Assembly (NCBI RefSeq): GCF_009834535.1
Contig: NC_045696.1
Coordinates: forward strand, 95,916,001 to 95,980,000
From: Camelus ferus
Lineage: Eukaryota
Direction of reading: 5' to 3'
Length of the DNA: 64,000 nt
The notes below the pieces were generated by a model, which saw only the letters and a program-made list of their open reading frames with translations, did no database searches and was not told where the DNA came from. This document shows positions 40,201-52,355 of the stretch, piece after piece. Made by a program: the position numbers and the translations under genes. Positions within the stretch are counted from its first letter, which is position 1. Each line of letters begins with the position of its first letter.

Positions 40201-40860
40201 CTCCACAGATTCTTTTTATTCTAAGCTTTCTCAGTGATCAACTCTTTGGATGCATTTTCCTTGGGCATGTGGTGCCACAGTGGAGGAGCGCTGCTGTGGA
40301 ATTGTCAGTCATCATTAACTAGAAAACATTCTGCCTTCAGATGCATGTTTACAGTTTCACATATGTTGGCAAAATACTTTGATGGCAGTTTTATTTTGTT
40401 TTTCCTTCTTTGCATCATTCTTCTAGCCTGGCCAGAAGGTTTCTTCTAACTTGTGACTGTAATTAGCCCAAAGAACCTAGAAGTTGAGTTGTTTAAATTA
40501 CCTGATTTATTCTCCTCAGTGCAATGAAAACATTTTTTCTGTAACTGAAGCCTTAAGGCCTTTTCCATGCCTCATATCTTTTAAATGAAGTTGGGCCAAC
40601 ACTGACTTCAGCATTACATTCCTGAAATTCAGGAGGTGAGAAACATGGGATTTTATATAGACTGTACATGAAAAATAGACTCTGTCTCCTCCAATTCTCC
40701 AAAACACCTCTTAACAGACTCCTTCTGTTGCAGGAATGCCAGCTCATGGGTCATGGGTCAGAAATACACTCCACCAGAGATGATAAATCTGAGTTCTGCC
40801 AGAGCATGCCAAACATTTTCTCTGGCAAGCTCTTCAAGATCTCATGACCTGCCCAGACCA

Positions 40861-41281
40861 TTTTTTTTTAATGTATACTTTTATTGAAGTATAGTCAGTT
40901 TACAATGTTGTGTCAATTTTTGATGTACAGCATAATACTTCAGTCATACATATACATGCATATATTCTTTTTCGTATTCTTTTTCACCGTAGGGTACTAC
41001 AGGATCTTGAATATAGTTCCCTGTGCTATGCAGTATAAACTTGTTTTTCTCTTTTATGTATGTTAGTTAGTATCTGCAAATCTAGAACTCCCAGTTTATC
41101 CCTTCCCATTCCCTTCTCCTGCTGGTAACCATAAGTTTGTTTTCTATGTCTGTGAGTCTGTTTCTGTTTTGTGAATAAGTTTGTTTGCCTTTTTTGTTGT
41201 TGTTGTTGTTAGATTCAACATATAAGTGATATCATATGGTATTTTTCTTTCTCTTTCTGGCTTACTTCACTTAGAATGTCA
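40861..41281 (-). mobile_element. Short 5'-truncated lineage-specific L1 3' end
   Basis: Closely similar to 18044-18416 and to the reverse complement of 2710-3100. T-run at left. Possible decayed TSD CCAG(AC/GT)CATTTT. Confidence 0.9.
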
Positions 41282-41958
41282 CCAGGTCATTTTCTGCATC
41301 AAGTAGTAGGAAAATATTTATTCAGGTGGATGTGACAGCAATTATTAAACCCCATTAGTAGAGAAAGAGTATATGGTTGGCAGCCTCTTGGGTAGGCATT
41401 ACCCACATTTGTGACCTTTCATTTTATTTTTTCCTGTCAAGCCTGGGTAATTCTTACTGAAGCCATCCTGAAGAAAAATTATAAAACCTCTGAAGCTTCT
41501 CTCTCTCTCTCTTTTTCTACCTTTGGTACCTCCTTTTAATCTATTAAAATTGAATAGAAGCCAAGCATGAAATATAGCTTATGGAAATCTATCATTTAAA
41601 AAAGGAAGAAAGAAAAAAAGAAAAAGAAAGATAGAAAAAGAAAAGTTACACTCCAACTGGTAAACAGGTCTCTAAAATGCAAATAATATACTGAAGAGGA
41701 ATTAATATTAAACTCAAGGGAAATGTTTAAATTTAGTCATAAACAAAGAGATTAGTTTTAGCAAGCAAAGATCTCAAAGTAGGGGAGTGTCACTATTTCC
41801 ACACAGGGAAAATAAGCAATCCACTTACCCTCCATGGATTAGAGTTCCTTCAGAAACAGGATAAATCTAGGCCTTTGATGAGTTCTTTCCAGAGAGATCT
41901 AAGCCTGTCCAGAAAGAGACTAATGAAACTCTTAAAGCCAGTTAACTAATGCTTCTTT

Positions 41959-44085
41959 TTTTTGGTTTCCAGGGGGGCTTTATTTTGCAGTACAGACACT
42001 GCTGGAGTGGGGGCTCTGTCAGGTCAATACTGCATCGCAGCTTGGTCCATGGAAAAGGCCACACCTGGGATACAAAAGAAGCTTCTAGGTTTACCTGCTT
42101 TATGATGGGTCTTTCCCTCTGCTCTCATCAATCTTACTAGGTGAAACACCACACACAGGCTTCCTCCAAAATGACTCAGAGGCTGGAGTTCATTAGAATT
42201 TGAGGCCCACGTAAACCAGACTCGTGGCCGTGCTGCCTGGGCACTGCCGTAATACTTGACAGACATGTAAGGGGACGGGGCATGGTAGGGGATGCTGTCC
42301 CCAGTGATGGAGAAGTCAATTCCAATCTCCCTCCTCCGCGTCCGGAGGGCAGGTGGCAGGTGGCACGCAGTCCGCTCTGGAGCAGCAGAAGCAGTAACAG
42401 CAAAGGCTACACTGATTAAAAGATACAAATGCCGTATCAAGTTCTCTGTATCAGTATCACAATGTTTTAAAACTGATCCTTTGCTAGAAAAAAACAAGCC
42501 AGTGTAGGTTAAATTGGACAGAATGTGGGCACCTGCCAATTCTGAATAGCCACTCCATGAAAACAAGTTAATACATGATGTTAGAAAGGGAGGAACGTTT
42601 ACTGGTACAGTGCTCTGCAGTCTCTCAGTTCTGATCACAAAAGCAGGCCTTACAACACTGATTTCATACAATATGCGTCATCTGCCTAAGTTTACGTCTG
42701 TCCTGACGGCGGCAGCTGCGTTGCTGCTAGTCTTCCCCATAGATGTCGTTTTTCTTGCGCTTCATTTCCTCAAAGTCAAACTCGGACCCTGTCATCCTCT
42801 TGTAGATGTCCTTGATGTCATCACACGCTGTCTCAAAGTGAGTGGTCGCATCGTACGTGCGGGATATAAAGATCTGACTTTCTGTCCCTAGATCTTTTGG
42901 TACAAAGAGGTCACTGATGCTAACGAGTTTCTGCTCGAGCAGCTCCAAGAGCTCCAGAGCTGGTCTGATTTCCTTCTTGGGCTCCTTGGTCTCCACGGTT
43001 GTGCTGACGATGGCGATGTACTTGCCCCGCACGGCCACGTTGTGTGCGGAGGAGATCATGCAGACATAGATGTCTGACTTGCAGTTGACCTGGTTCTGCG
43101 GGATAATGATCTGGCAGGAGTTGGCATCGCTAGTGTTCTTGATGGGGTGGCTGACGATGCAGATCACTCTGATCACCTGGCCCACTTTCTCTACTCGGTC
43201 TTTCATGTAGCTGGGGTCACAGATGAGCTGTTTACAGCGAGCGATCTCTCCTTCAGATTTTACACCAACCACTTTTCCATTCTGCACAATGATTTCTTCG
43301 ATCGGTTTATTCAGTATGTAGGTGCCCCCATAAATAGCACTCAGCCTTGCGAATCCTTGTGGCAGTTCTCCAAGGCCATAGAGGGGATAAAGGTAGGGGT
43401 TTTTGCCATATCTTGCCAGAGACTCACTATAAAGTTTAATCCTGTTAATGGTTTCAACACATGGCTGATCTAAATAGTCATCAGTCCTGTAGAGCGCCAG
43501 CGCGTGCCCGGTGAAGTCCATGACATCCTGGCCCAGGTTGAACTTCTTGTACACCTTTCGCATCGCTGTCTTCCCAGGGTCGATGCCCTCCAAAGTTCTG
43601 GGGTCTTTCTCATCGAAGCTGGCAACAAACACCAAGAATTTTCTGAAGCGACGTTTTTCAAACAGCCCCATTAAGCTAGATGCCAGGGCTTCTGCTTCAG
43701 TGGAAGGAACCTTGTAGATTTTTCCTCCCTTATAGACAAAACTCCCTTCAGTCACTTTGAAATCCAGATAGCGAGTGACCTCTGTAAAAAGCGGCATCTT
43801 ACCCAGCTGACCATTAGCCATAAGGAACTTGGGAATCAAGTCGACATTCCAGTCTCTTCCTCTCCCCATTGATGCTGGTGGTGCTCCAGGTATTTTAAAT
43901 CTTTTGTATAAATCTTCCAGCAGCATTATAGATGCACTTTCTCCTCCATAATACAGGTTTCTATCCATGTGAAGAACTTTCTTTCCATTCACAGACATTA
44001 TCCCCGACAGGATACACTCCGTCAGGCCGGTGCCTAGCACAATCACGTCATACTCCTCATTCATGGCAGGGCCAGGCGCGGACGG
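41959..44085 (-). pseudogene. GDI2: Complete processed GDI2 mRNA insertion: ~21 nt 5'UTR, CDS, ~760 nt 3'UTR, short poly(A) remnant
   Basis: Perfect 16-bp direct repeat TAACTAATGCTTCTTT at 41943-41958 and 44086-44101. AATAAA on the minus strand (TTTATT at 41979-41984) lies about 15 nt before the T-run ending at 41963. TSD end reads TCTTT/AT, similar to the L1 endonuclease site. Confidence 0.92.
42727..44064 (-). CDS. GDI2: Rab GDP dissociation inhibitor beta (GDI2), intronless retrocopy with an uninterrupted 445-aa ORF; retrogene or recently formed processed pseudogene
   Basis: Translation [21 protein letters not shown]...[15 protein letters not shown] matches the N-terminus, C-terminus and 445-aa length of mammalian GDI2 (GDI1 begins MDEEY and ends differently). 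No introns, stops or frameshifts. Start context GCCATG. Confidence 0.93.
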   Translation of the reverse strand: MNEEYDVIVLGTGLTECILSGIMSVNGKKVLHMDRNLYYGGESASIMLLEDLYKRFKIPGAPPASMGRGRDWNVDLIPKFLMANGQLGKMPLFTEVTRYLDFKVTEGSFVYKGGKIYKVPSTEAEALASSLMGLFEKRRFRKFLVFVASFDEKDPRTLEGIDPGKTAMRKVYKKFNLGQDVMDFTGHALALYRTDDYLDQPCVETINRIKLYSESLARYGKNPYLYPLYGLGELPQGFARLSAIYGGTYILNKPIEEIIVQNGKVVGVKSEGEIARCKQLICDPSYMKDRVEKVGQVIRVICIVSHPIKNTSDANSCQIIIPQNQVNCKSDIYVCMISSAHNVAVRGKYIAIVSTTVETKEPKKEIRPALELLELLEQKLVSISDLFVPKDLGTESQIFISRTYDATTHFETACDDIKDIYKRMTGSEFDFEEMKRKKNDIYGED

Positions 44086-44299
44086 TAACTAATGCTTCTT
44101 TATCCTACATGTTGAGGATTCTGAGTCACCCCTAAGAATTTAATATCCTCTCTTCATCCTCCGTGTCCCCTCTTCCTACCATTTTATTGGTCTTATTTAT
44201 TTACACATTAAACAAATATGTGTTTTCTCCCCTAATCCAAATTCTCACTCTTCCCCAATCTCTAAAAGTATTTCCAAGTGCCATTTGCATAAGATGACC

Positions 44300-45770
44300 A
44301 TAGAATTCATTGTCCAAACTAGAACATTTTAGCCAGGACAAATGGTAAACCACGCAGGGTCCCAGGGTATTAGATATAACCCATGACAACTCTGTGAAAA
44401 CAGGAACTTACGCTCACCCTCCTTACATAGCAGTACTTAATAAACAAACTACTCTACATTTTTATCCTGGAGCTTAGCTTTTCTTTCCATCATTTCCCCT
44501 ATCACTCTCTCAAAAGGGTGGAGAGGGGAGTATGTCAACATCCCTCTCACTCCCCAGTATGCTTGCCAACTAAAACCTTACCTCTTTGAAACAAATTTTT
44601 TATGGCTTGCTCCCCCTCCACTGCCAATTAATTTTTCTAGCAATCTTACTGCCATTTACTAAGCTATCTTATAGTTAGTTCAGTTTTTCTTTTCTCTTCA
44701 TTTTTTAGCACTTCAATGTCTAAGTGGAAAACCCGTTCTACATCATAATCTCTCTGTTCCTTGTTTTCCTCAAAGCTCCTGTGGGAAGGTAAGGAAAAGA
44801 ATGCTCCTTAAGCAACTATTTTAGCCTACTCTCTCTTTTTAGCAAGTTATGATTCCAAAGACCTTTTACATCTTGAACAGCTTCACAACCTTTTCATCCA
44901 CGCTAGTAGCACTTTAACCTGTAACATTCCCTTAAAAAAATTGTAAGTTTTCTATGAATCTAATTGGAGTACACCTCGTTTAGCAAAATTCACACCTACA
45001 GTTATTTTCAAACAGGTCCCTCTCTAGATTCAATTAGTACTACTTTGCTTAGGTCAGGCTGCTGTGAAGCAAGGTCTTATGATTCCTAGAAGCTCTGTTG
45101 TTGCCTAAAGTTATACCAGGAACCACCCCCTACTTCTTTCAGAGGTCTTAACATAAGTTCATTTAGTCACATCCTTGATTTGAGCTATTCCTTAGTATCT
45201 ATCTTACTTTGATAATTTACTGAATCAAGTGCGTGAAGATAAGAAGCAGCTTTATTTTCCAGTCCTCTAAATTCTCTGTAAATTCTGCTTACAAATCAGC
45301 GTTTTCTCTCTCATCTCTTTTATGTAGTATTTTATCATATGCAGCTAAGAAAAGATACCTGACAGTTTTAACATTCTGTGTGACAATATCCCTACTCAAG
45401 TCAAAAGTCACTGAGTACATTTTTTATTTTTCCAGTTCCCACAGGTGACAGTTTTACAAATTGTTTTGCCACTATTTAACATGGGACACAATTTTTCCAG
45501 CTTGCTGCAGCAGTTTCTTTACTTCTCTTCCAGTTTTTGTGAACAGTTTCCTTGCCACTTAATAGCCTGTATCTGCCACCTAAATCAGAAACCTATGCTA
45601 TGTATAAGTTTTTTCATAGTAGCATCCTACTTCAGGATACTGAATTTGTATCAGTTATCTATTGCCACAATAATGCTCCATAACAAATCATCCCAAATCT
45701 TAGTGGTTTAGCTAGCAACCACTTACTATTTCTCACAGATCTCTGGATAGGCTGGGCATCCTTGACACCT
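44300..45770 (-). mobile_element. MLT1 MaLR remnant: internal sequence plus partial LTR (45647-45770); left boundary uncertain
   Basis: TGTATCAGTTATCTATTGCCACAATAATGCT..ATAACAAA is an MLT1 LTR terminus. It is preceded by CATCCTACTTCAGGATACTGAATT, which resembles the MaLR LTR/internal junction. Confidence 0.55.
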
Positions 45771-45951
45771 GTCAAATTGGCACTAACATTTGTTAAATAA
45801 AAAAATTCAAGCTAATATTGGATGAAATTCTAGAAACATTCCTTGGGCTTTGTACAGTACATGGCTTGAATTTGTTCCAAGGAAATAAGGTCTCAACTAG
45901 ACCAATACTTAGGACATTTTCTGGAACAATTCAAAGGTTGTATATAACATT

Positions 45952-46160
45952 TTCTGTTATAAAATAAATAAGCTATGGGGATGTGATCAACATAAGGAAT
46001 ATGATCAATAATATTATAATAACTTTGGGGACAGATGGTTAATAGACTTATCATGGCAATCACTTTGTAATGTATGCAAATGTCAAATCACTGTGTAGTA
46101 CACCTGAAACTAACATAATAACATAAGCCAACTCTATTTTAGTTAACATAAATAAATACT
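45952..46160 (+). mobile_element. L1 3'UTR terminus
   Basis: TATAAAATAAATAAGCTATGGGGATGT...GTACACCTGAAACTAACATAATA. Confidence 0.75.
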
Positions 46161-48529
46161 TTTTTAAGTACTGAAGCATAAGATACCACTCAGCTCATCA
46201 CAGGCTCAGAATTATACATAAAACGTATTTAACTTTTGTGTTTAAGGGAATAAAAGAGATGCTATCCACTGAACAACAAATTACTCTGCAATCCAACAGA
46301 CCATTCTTTGGTTACCAGTGTGGTGTGAGTCTGAATGACAGCGCCAGGTTAAACCTGCTAACACACAAGTGAAGTGGGCAATCCTGAGCTGGGGTGTCAG
46401 AGGCCAGACTGAATCATGCAGGGTTATTAGCCAGGGGCTTAGACAAGCCCATTCCAAGGAGCAGAGCCACGTAAGAGCACAAAAGGAGCCATATCAGCCC
46501 TAAGATCAAGGGACGAATATGAAATCATAGGCAACAGAACAGCCAAGAGGTCAGAAACCAAGAACAGGAACAAATCAGGAAACGGACTACCCCCAGAAAG
46601 TTAAAAACAAATGATAGGATCAACTCTAGGGTCCATGGCCACAACTGTATTTGATGCTGGCCATGTGAAGTCAGAGCTATCAGATTAGCTGAGTTAATGG
46701 CTCAGGGCATGGTCAGAGAATAGAAATGCAAAATGAACAAACAAACAAAAACAAAAAATTAATTAAAAAACACAAAACAAAACCAAAAAATCCTCCTTTG
46801 AAAAAATCAGGTTTCTTAGTATATCTAGAAAAAGATTTAGTTGGCAGCCATATGGCCCACCCCCTTCCTCAACATTCACCAGCACCCCCAATCAGAAAAA
46901 GAACGTTTTAAATAGTCCTTGTGAAATTAAATCATTTAAGAATTAACTTTGCCAAGTTGGATGCTTTCCCTTACTGTATCCCAAGGATATGTGTAGAAAC
47001 CTCATATGCCCTTTTTCTTGTACGACAAAGCTCTTGGAATTTGCTCTTTTATATTGGCACATGTACAGTAACACTTTAAAAAAATTCTCAGTTAAAGATC
47101 ATCAAAGATATTCTAGCAACTTTCATAACATGCCATCATTTTCAACTTCTTGATAAATAGAAATGAAACCTAAATGTTTGACCACATGGAGACTACAGCA
47201 TAAAAATATACTAATCTTACAGGAAAAGAAACTTAATAAGATATATCTAGATTAGCTAACAAATCCTAAATTGTACTGCAGAGAATCTGTTGATATGCAG
47301 GTTTAGACAGATGTTCAGATAGTAGATTGAGTACATACATTTATTTTTTCTGCCTCCCAGGATTCCATTAAAATCATATAAAAGAGCTATCTAAAAAGCA
47401 TGTTATTCAAGGACAAAAGGAAAAGGAAAGAAAATGACAGTCACAAAATTTCAGCAGCTATAAGAGAAATGGATAAGTGACAACTGATTTAGCAGCAGCA
47501 AAACTGAATCATAAAAGCTAAATCTTAAGCCAGTAAGGAAAAACAAGGAAATAGTAAAATTCATACTGCAAAACCTTAAAAGCACAGGAATTGAAGGATC
47601 TAGAGGAAAAAAGTAGGACATTTGAGGATGATTGAGAGTGTAAGTTAGATGTCAGGCTACCTCTCCCATTCCACATAACTAAGCAACTGCCCTCTCCTCT
47701 TGGATGCTAGAGGTTTATTGTCAGGAAAGACAGTGCACATGGATGAAGAGTGCCAAGTAGAAATGTCACTCAACCCTCTTCCCCACTTGACTTCCAGATG
47801 CTGACAGCTAGACCTTTCCACTCAGGAGGTTGGACAATCACTCTTTTAGAATCTGACCAGCCCTTCTCCCCCCACCCCAAATGAAGATAAAAGTAATGAC
47901 ACAGAGATTTCCCCAAAGAAATAACCCAGCTAGAATATCAGGCAGTAAACCCACAATCAACTACTTCTCCCCAATTTTAGTGCCCCATTCTTAAATATTG
48001 AAAACAACCAAGGATCAAAACAAAATCAAAGAAACAGACCAAAGACAGATAAAGGCAACAGAGATTATTTCAGTAGAAGAGAAAGAAAAGCAAACAACTA
48101 CGCAAACAACAACAACAAAATGGTTATTTATATCCTAGTACAGAGAGAAAGAAAAATTCCATTTGAAAAAAGAATAGGATGCCTAAAAATGTCTTGGAAA
48201 TTAAGACTATGATAAGTATAGGGAAAGCAAATTTTGGGAAATATCTCAGGAATTAGAATAGAAAGATTAAGAGCTAGAAAGCAAGATAAAATAAATAAGA
48301 AATGAGAAATTTAGAAGATTAGCCCAGGAGGTCTGATAGAGAGAAAATATTACTGCTGACACAGTTCAAGAAAATTTCCAAGAACTGAATGCTAAGGACT
48401 TTTCTCAGATTGAAACTACACACTTTGTGCCCATTATAATGGGTAAAATGACCGTCATAAACTTTCAGAATGCCGAAAACAAGTATAAAACCCTGAAAAC
48501 TTCCAGAAAAAAAATTTAAGAGTCACATA

Positions 48530-49392
48530 TTCTTCCAGTTACTAGTGTTGTGCAACAAATTCTCTCAAAATTTTGTGGCTAAAACAATTTTGTTATGTGC
48601 TTTGGTTTTATAGGTCAGAAAATTGGACAGGGTACAGTAGTAATGACTGTTTCTTCTTTACAACATCTGCAACTTCAGCTGCAACTTTATCTCAACAGCT
48701 AGAGATAACCCAACAGATGGATGGAATCATCTGACGTCTCACTGACATATTCAGCATTTGATGCTGTCAGCTGGAACCTCAGCTACAGCTGTTGACAGAA
48801 TCACTCCCTGTGGCTTCTCTGTTTGCCCTGCGTTTCCTTAGAGAGTGGTATCTAGGGTATTCAAGCTCTTTTTTCCCCCCACATTTTATTTTTTATTATT
48901 AATTTAAAAAATGTATTGAGATAGTTGATGTACAATATTGTATAAATTTCAGGTGTACAGCATAGTGATTCACAACTTTTAAAGGTTATATTCTATTTTT
49001 AGTTATAAAATATTGACTATGTTCTCTGTGTTAAACAATATATCCTTTAGCTTATTTATTTTATACATAGTAGTTTGTACCTCTTAATCCCCCACCCCTA
49101 TCTCACCCCTGCCCACTAGGGTATTCAAACTCTTACAGTGCAAATCAGGGTTCCATAAATGAGTGTCCCCACAAACAAGGTGGGGAGTACACTGGTTTTT
49201 CTAACCTAACCTTGAAGTTCCCTCACCATCACTTCTCCCACATTGTATTGATCGTAAGCAAATCATTAGCCACTTCAGTTCAAGGGAGAAGCACACACAC
49301 GTCAGTGGGAGGGTGAAAAGTTCACGTTGTAGAAGAGCATGTGAGATAAAAGATATTTTGCATCTATATTTGGAAAATACAAGCTGCCACAT
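48530..49392 (-). mobile_element. MLT1 solo LTR split by a younger L1 3' fragment
   Basis: GGTCAGAAAATTGGACAGGG, GGAATCATCTGA, TTGAAGTTCC..CACCATCACTTCT.CCACATT.TATTG; terminal GGAAAATACAAGCTGCCACA. Confidence 0.7.
48871..49115 (-). mobile_element. Short L1 3'UTR insertion
   Basis: 19-bp TSD CTAGGGTATTCAA(G/A)CTCTT at 48852-48870 and 49116-49134; TTTCAGGTGTACAGCATAGTGATTCA. Confidence 0.88.
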
Positions 49393-50429
49393 CACAAAAT
49401 AAGGAGCTAGAATGACTGTTCACACAGCAAGACCGAAAGCTGGGTAACAGTGGAATGAGGCCATCAAAATATAAAGGAAAATAAATTCCAACCTGGAATT
49501 TTATTTGCAAGCAAATTATCAATAATGTGCAGATGAAATAATGACATTTTCAGACATACAGCATCTCAAGTGTTTGAGATCTCCCACGCACTCTTTCTCA
49601 GAAAGTTACTGAAGGATATATTCCAAGATGAAGTCTTAAACCAAAAAAGAGGAAGATGTGGGCTCTAGAAACCAGCGGACTCCACACAACGCAGACGCAA
49701 AGGAAATCCCAGAGAAAGGTTAAGAAAGAATCCAGGATGACAGCTCTGTGCTTTGTTGCACAAAGATGAGACTGATATAATACATAATGTCTTTACTGAC
49801 AGGAGCTCTACACAAGTGGCAAAAATTTGGTATTAAAATAGCAACAGGTATATGAAAAACTAACGAAAGAGATAAAAAGCAAGATAATCACTAACTTCAG
49901 AAAAAATGTAAAAGTGTGCAGGAACAGAATCACTGGAAACAATGTTGCTCAGCTGTGAATAGTATTTACATACTAATGAACACATTTAACAAAATGTGTA
50001 TTCTAACAAAAACGTATTAAATTAAAAAAGACAGAGTATGGGATAGGAAGCTTGCATTTGTGTGGTAGGGTGAGGGTATAAAAGAAAGTGACATCTTTTT
50101 CTGTGGTGGGACGAAATACATATTTTCTAAAATTGAAAAATCCTGAAGAAGCAATTTAAACATATTATGTAAAAATGAGGAGAAAAGAATCAGCCAAAAA
50201 GTTTAAAGAGATTGTTCCTACAGAATGGGAGAGACAAGAGAATTTCTGCTTTCATAGTAAAACTTCCAGAAACAATTTCTGTGCACATATAATATTGCCA
50301 AGAAAATACACAGAAAAAGAGGCATAGAAATTTATCAAATAGCCACATATGTCTTTGGAGGTTTTCAGGGGCTTAAGTTGTTGTTGCTGGTAGCAGTGGT
50401 GGTGCTTTGGGGTAGTGGATGATAGTATT

Positions 50430-50790
50430 TTTCAGTAGGGGGACTTTTCATAGTGCTCTGGCTAAACATTAAAATCACCCTCTTCCTGAGCCTCACCCCT
50501 CAGAACTCTTGCTAATGGTGCAGAGTGGGAACTAGTCCTCAGTATGTTTCTAAAACTCCCAAGTTGAGAACCACTGCACTAGGGGTGGGTCAGCAGGATT
50601 TTTCTGTAAAGAGCTAGATAATTACTTAGGCTTTGTTGGCCACATATGGCTCCTATCATATATCCCTCTTACGTTTTGTTCTGTTTTACAACCTTGTAAA
50701 AATGTAAAAACCAGGCTCAGCTCATGGGTCATACAAAAGCAGGCTGTGGGCCAGGTCTGGCCAGCAGACAATAATTTGCTAACCCCTGGA
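50430..50790. mobile_element. Adjacent MER5-like (~50430-50578) and MER58-like (~50582-50790) hAT MITEs
   Basis: AAGTTGAGAACCACTG terminus; TTTTTCTGTAAAGAGCTAGATA...AATTTGCTAACCCCTG. Confidence 0.65.
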
Positions 50791-51937
50791 CTAGAGGTTC
50801 CTACCCATTATCTTTTAGCACATAGTACCCTTTGCTTTCTCCCTGTTCGTGACTATTTCAGTTAAACATTATATATTCTCAACATTTGGGTTTTTTCCCC
50901 CTCTGGAAACCTTATTGAGTTGATGGTAAAGGATTTTAAGAAGTACAAATATAAAGGCAAAGGTGAGAAAGGTGAGGTGATGGCAGCAGACAAGGAAGGT
51001 CAATAAATCATTGGAAAAGAAAAATAACTAACAAATAGTTGGAAACTGGTACCTGACCAAGCAAAGTGGGAAAAGATAACATACGGGTACCTGCTGAGGG
51101 GATTCAAAGTGTCAGTTGGGCTAAATTGCCCCTGAAACCCTATAAGGCCTCAGGACCTGAAGGCAAAGTCACACAGAAACTGGCTAAAGCCACAGGGAGG
51201 GGTGGTGAGAGAGAGCCTACTGTTCCAGCTGTGGGCCTTGCCTCACTCCGTCAAAACCTCAGGGCTGGGGATTATAGGACTCTTCACTGTGAAACTGAAC
51301 AGCCCAAGACAATGTACACCGTATTTCCTGTAATAAGACCACCTTGCTGCCTTTTTTTCTGTACTACCGTGAAGTCTACTAGCCGACTCAGGCTTATACT
51401 CAGTGATTCCATTACTTCTTAGAGTCTCCCTCTGAATACAAGTTGGGGAGCTAAGCATTACCAGGTCTCTAATATAAGAACTTAAAAAAGTCTCTAATAT
51501 AAGAACAGGCTAAAAATAACAGAGATGGAGGCCAGAGAAAACAGAGCATATACAGGAGCATAAGAAAACTTTCAAAAATATATCACTAATCTCAAAAAAT
51601 TAGAGACTGTATTTCAATCATGAAGCAATAATGAAAGTTTATTTAAAAGGAAATGGGTAAGAACTTAAAAAAAATTAAACAGAATAACTAAAATAAAATT
51701 GTTAAAGGAGATTTGGAAGATAAAGTTCTGGAAATATCTCAGAAAACTAGAACAAAGAGACAGATAGAAAAAATTTTTTTTTTATTAAGAAAGAGGGTCA
51801 GTATAGAAAGCCCAACATCTCAAATAATAGTTCCAGAATGAAAAAATAAAAAGAGGAGAAAAACAAAGGAGAGAAAAATCATTACAGAAATAATATAAAA
51901 TAGTTTACAGAATGAAAGGAGAAAAACCTCCAGATGG

Positions 51938-52314
51938 AATATGTATACATATTCTTTTTCAGATTCTTTTCCATTATAGATTATTACAAGATAGCTTCCT
52001 GCACTATATAGTAGGTCCTTATTGTTTATCTGTTTTATACATAGTAGTTAGTATCTGCAAATCCTAAACTCCTAATTTATCTCTCCCCCCTACCTTTCCC
52101 CTTTGGTAACCATAAGTTTGTTTTCTATGTCTGTGAGTCTATTTCTGTTTTGTAAAGAAGTTCATTTGTATCATTTTTTTAGATTCCACATGTAAGTGTT
52201 ATCATGTTATTTGTCTTCCTCTGTGTGATTTACTTCACTTAGGATGATTATCTCTAGGTTCATTCATGTTGCTTCAAATGGCATTATTTCATTCTTTTTC
52301 ATGGCTAATATTCC

Positions 52315-52355
<41 letters not shown>

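Larger units (their letters stand above)
47330..50310 (+). mobile_element. Ancient L1M 5'/ORF1 remnant, interrupted by MLT1 (48530-49392)
   Basis: Degenerate ORF1-like motifs (CAAGAAAATTTCCAAGAACTGAA, TTCCAACCTGGAATTTTAT, GACATTTTCAGACATACA). Confidence 0.55.

Noticed and set aside
42024..42671. 215-aa minus-strand ORF downstream of the GDI2 stop
   Set aside because: It lies wholly in the retrocopied 3'UTR, is out of frame with the CDS (55 nt gap, so not readthrough) and shows no recognisable domain.
42610..44135. Plus-strand ORFs overlapping GDI2
   Set aside because: Antisense shadows of a GC-rich coding sequence.
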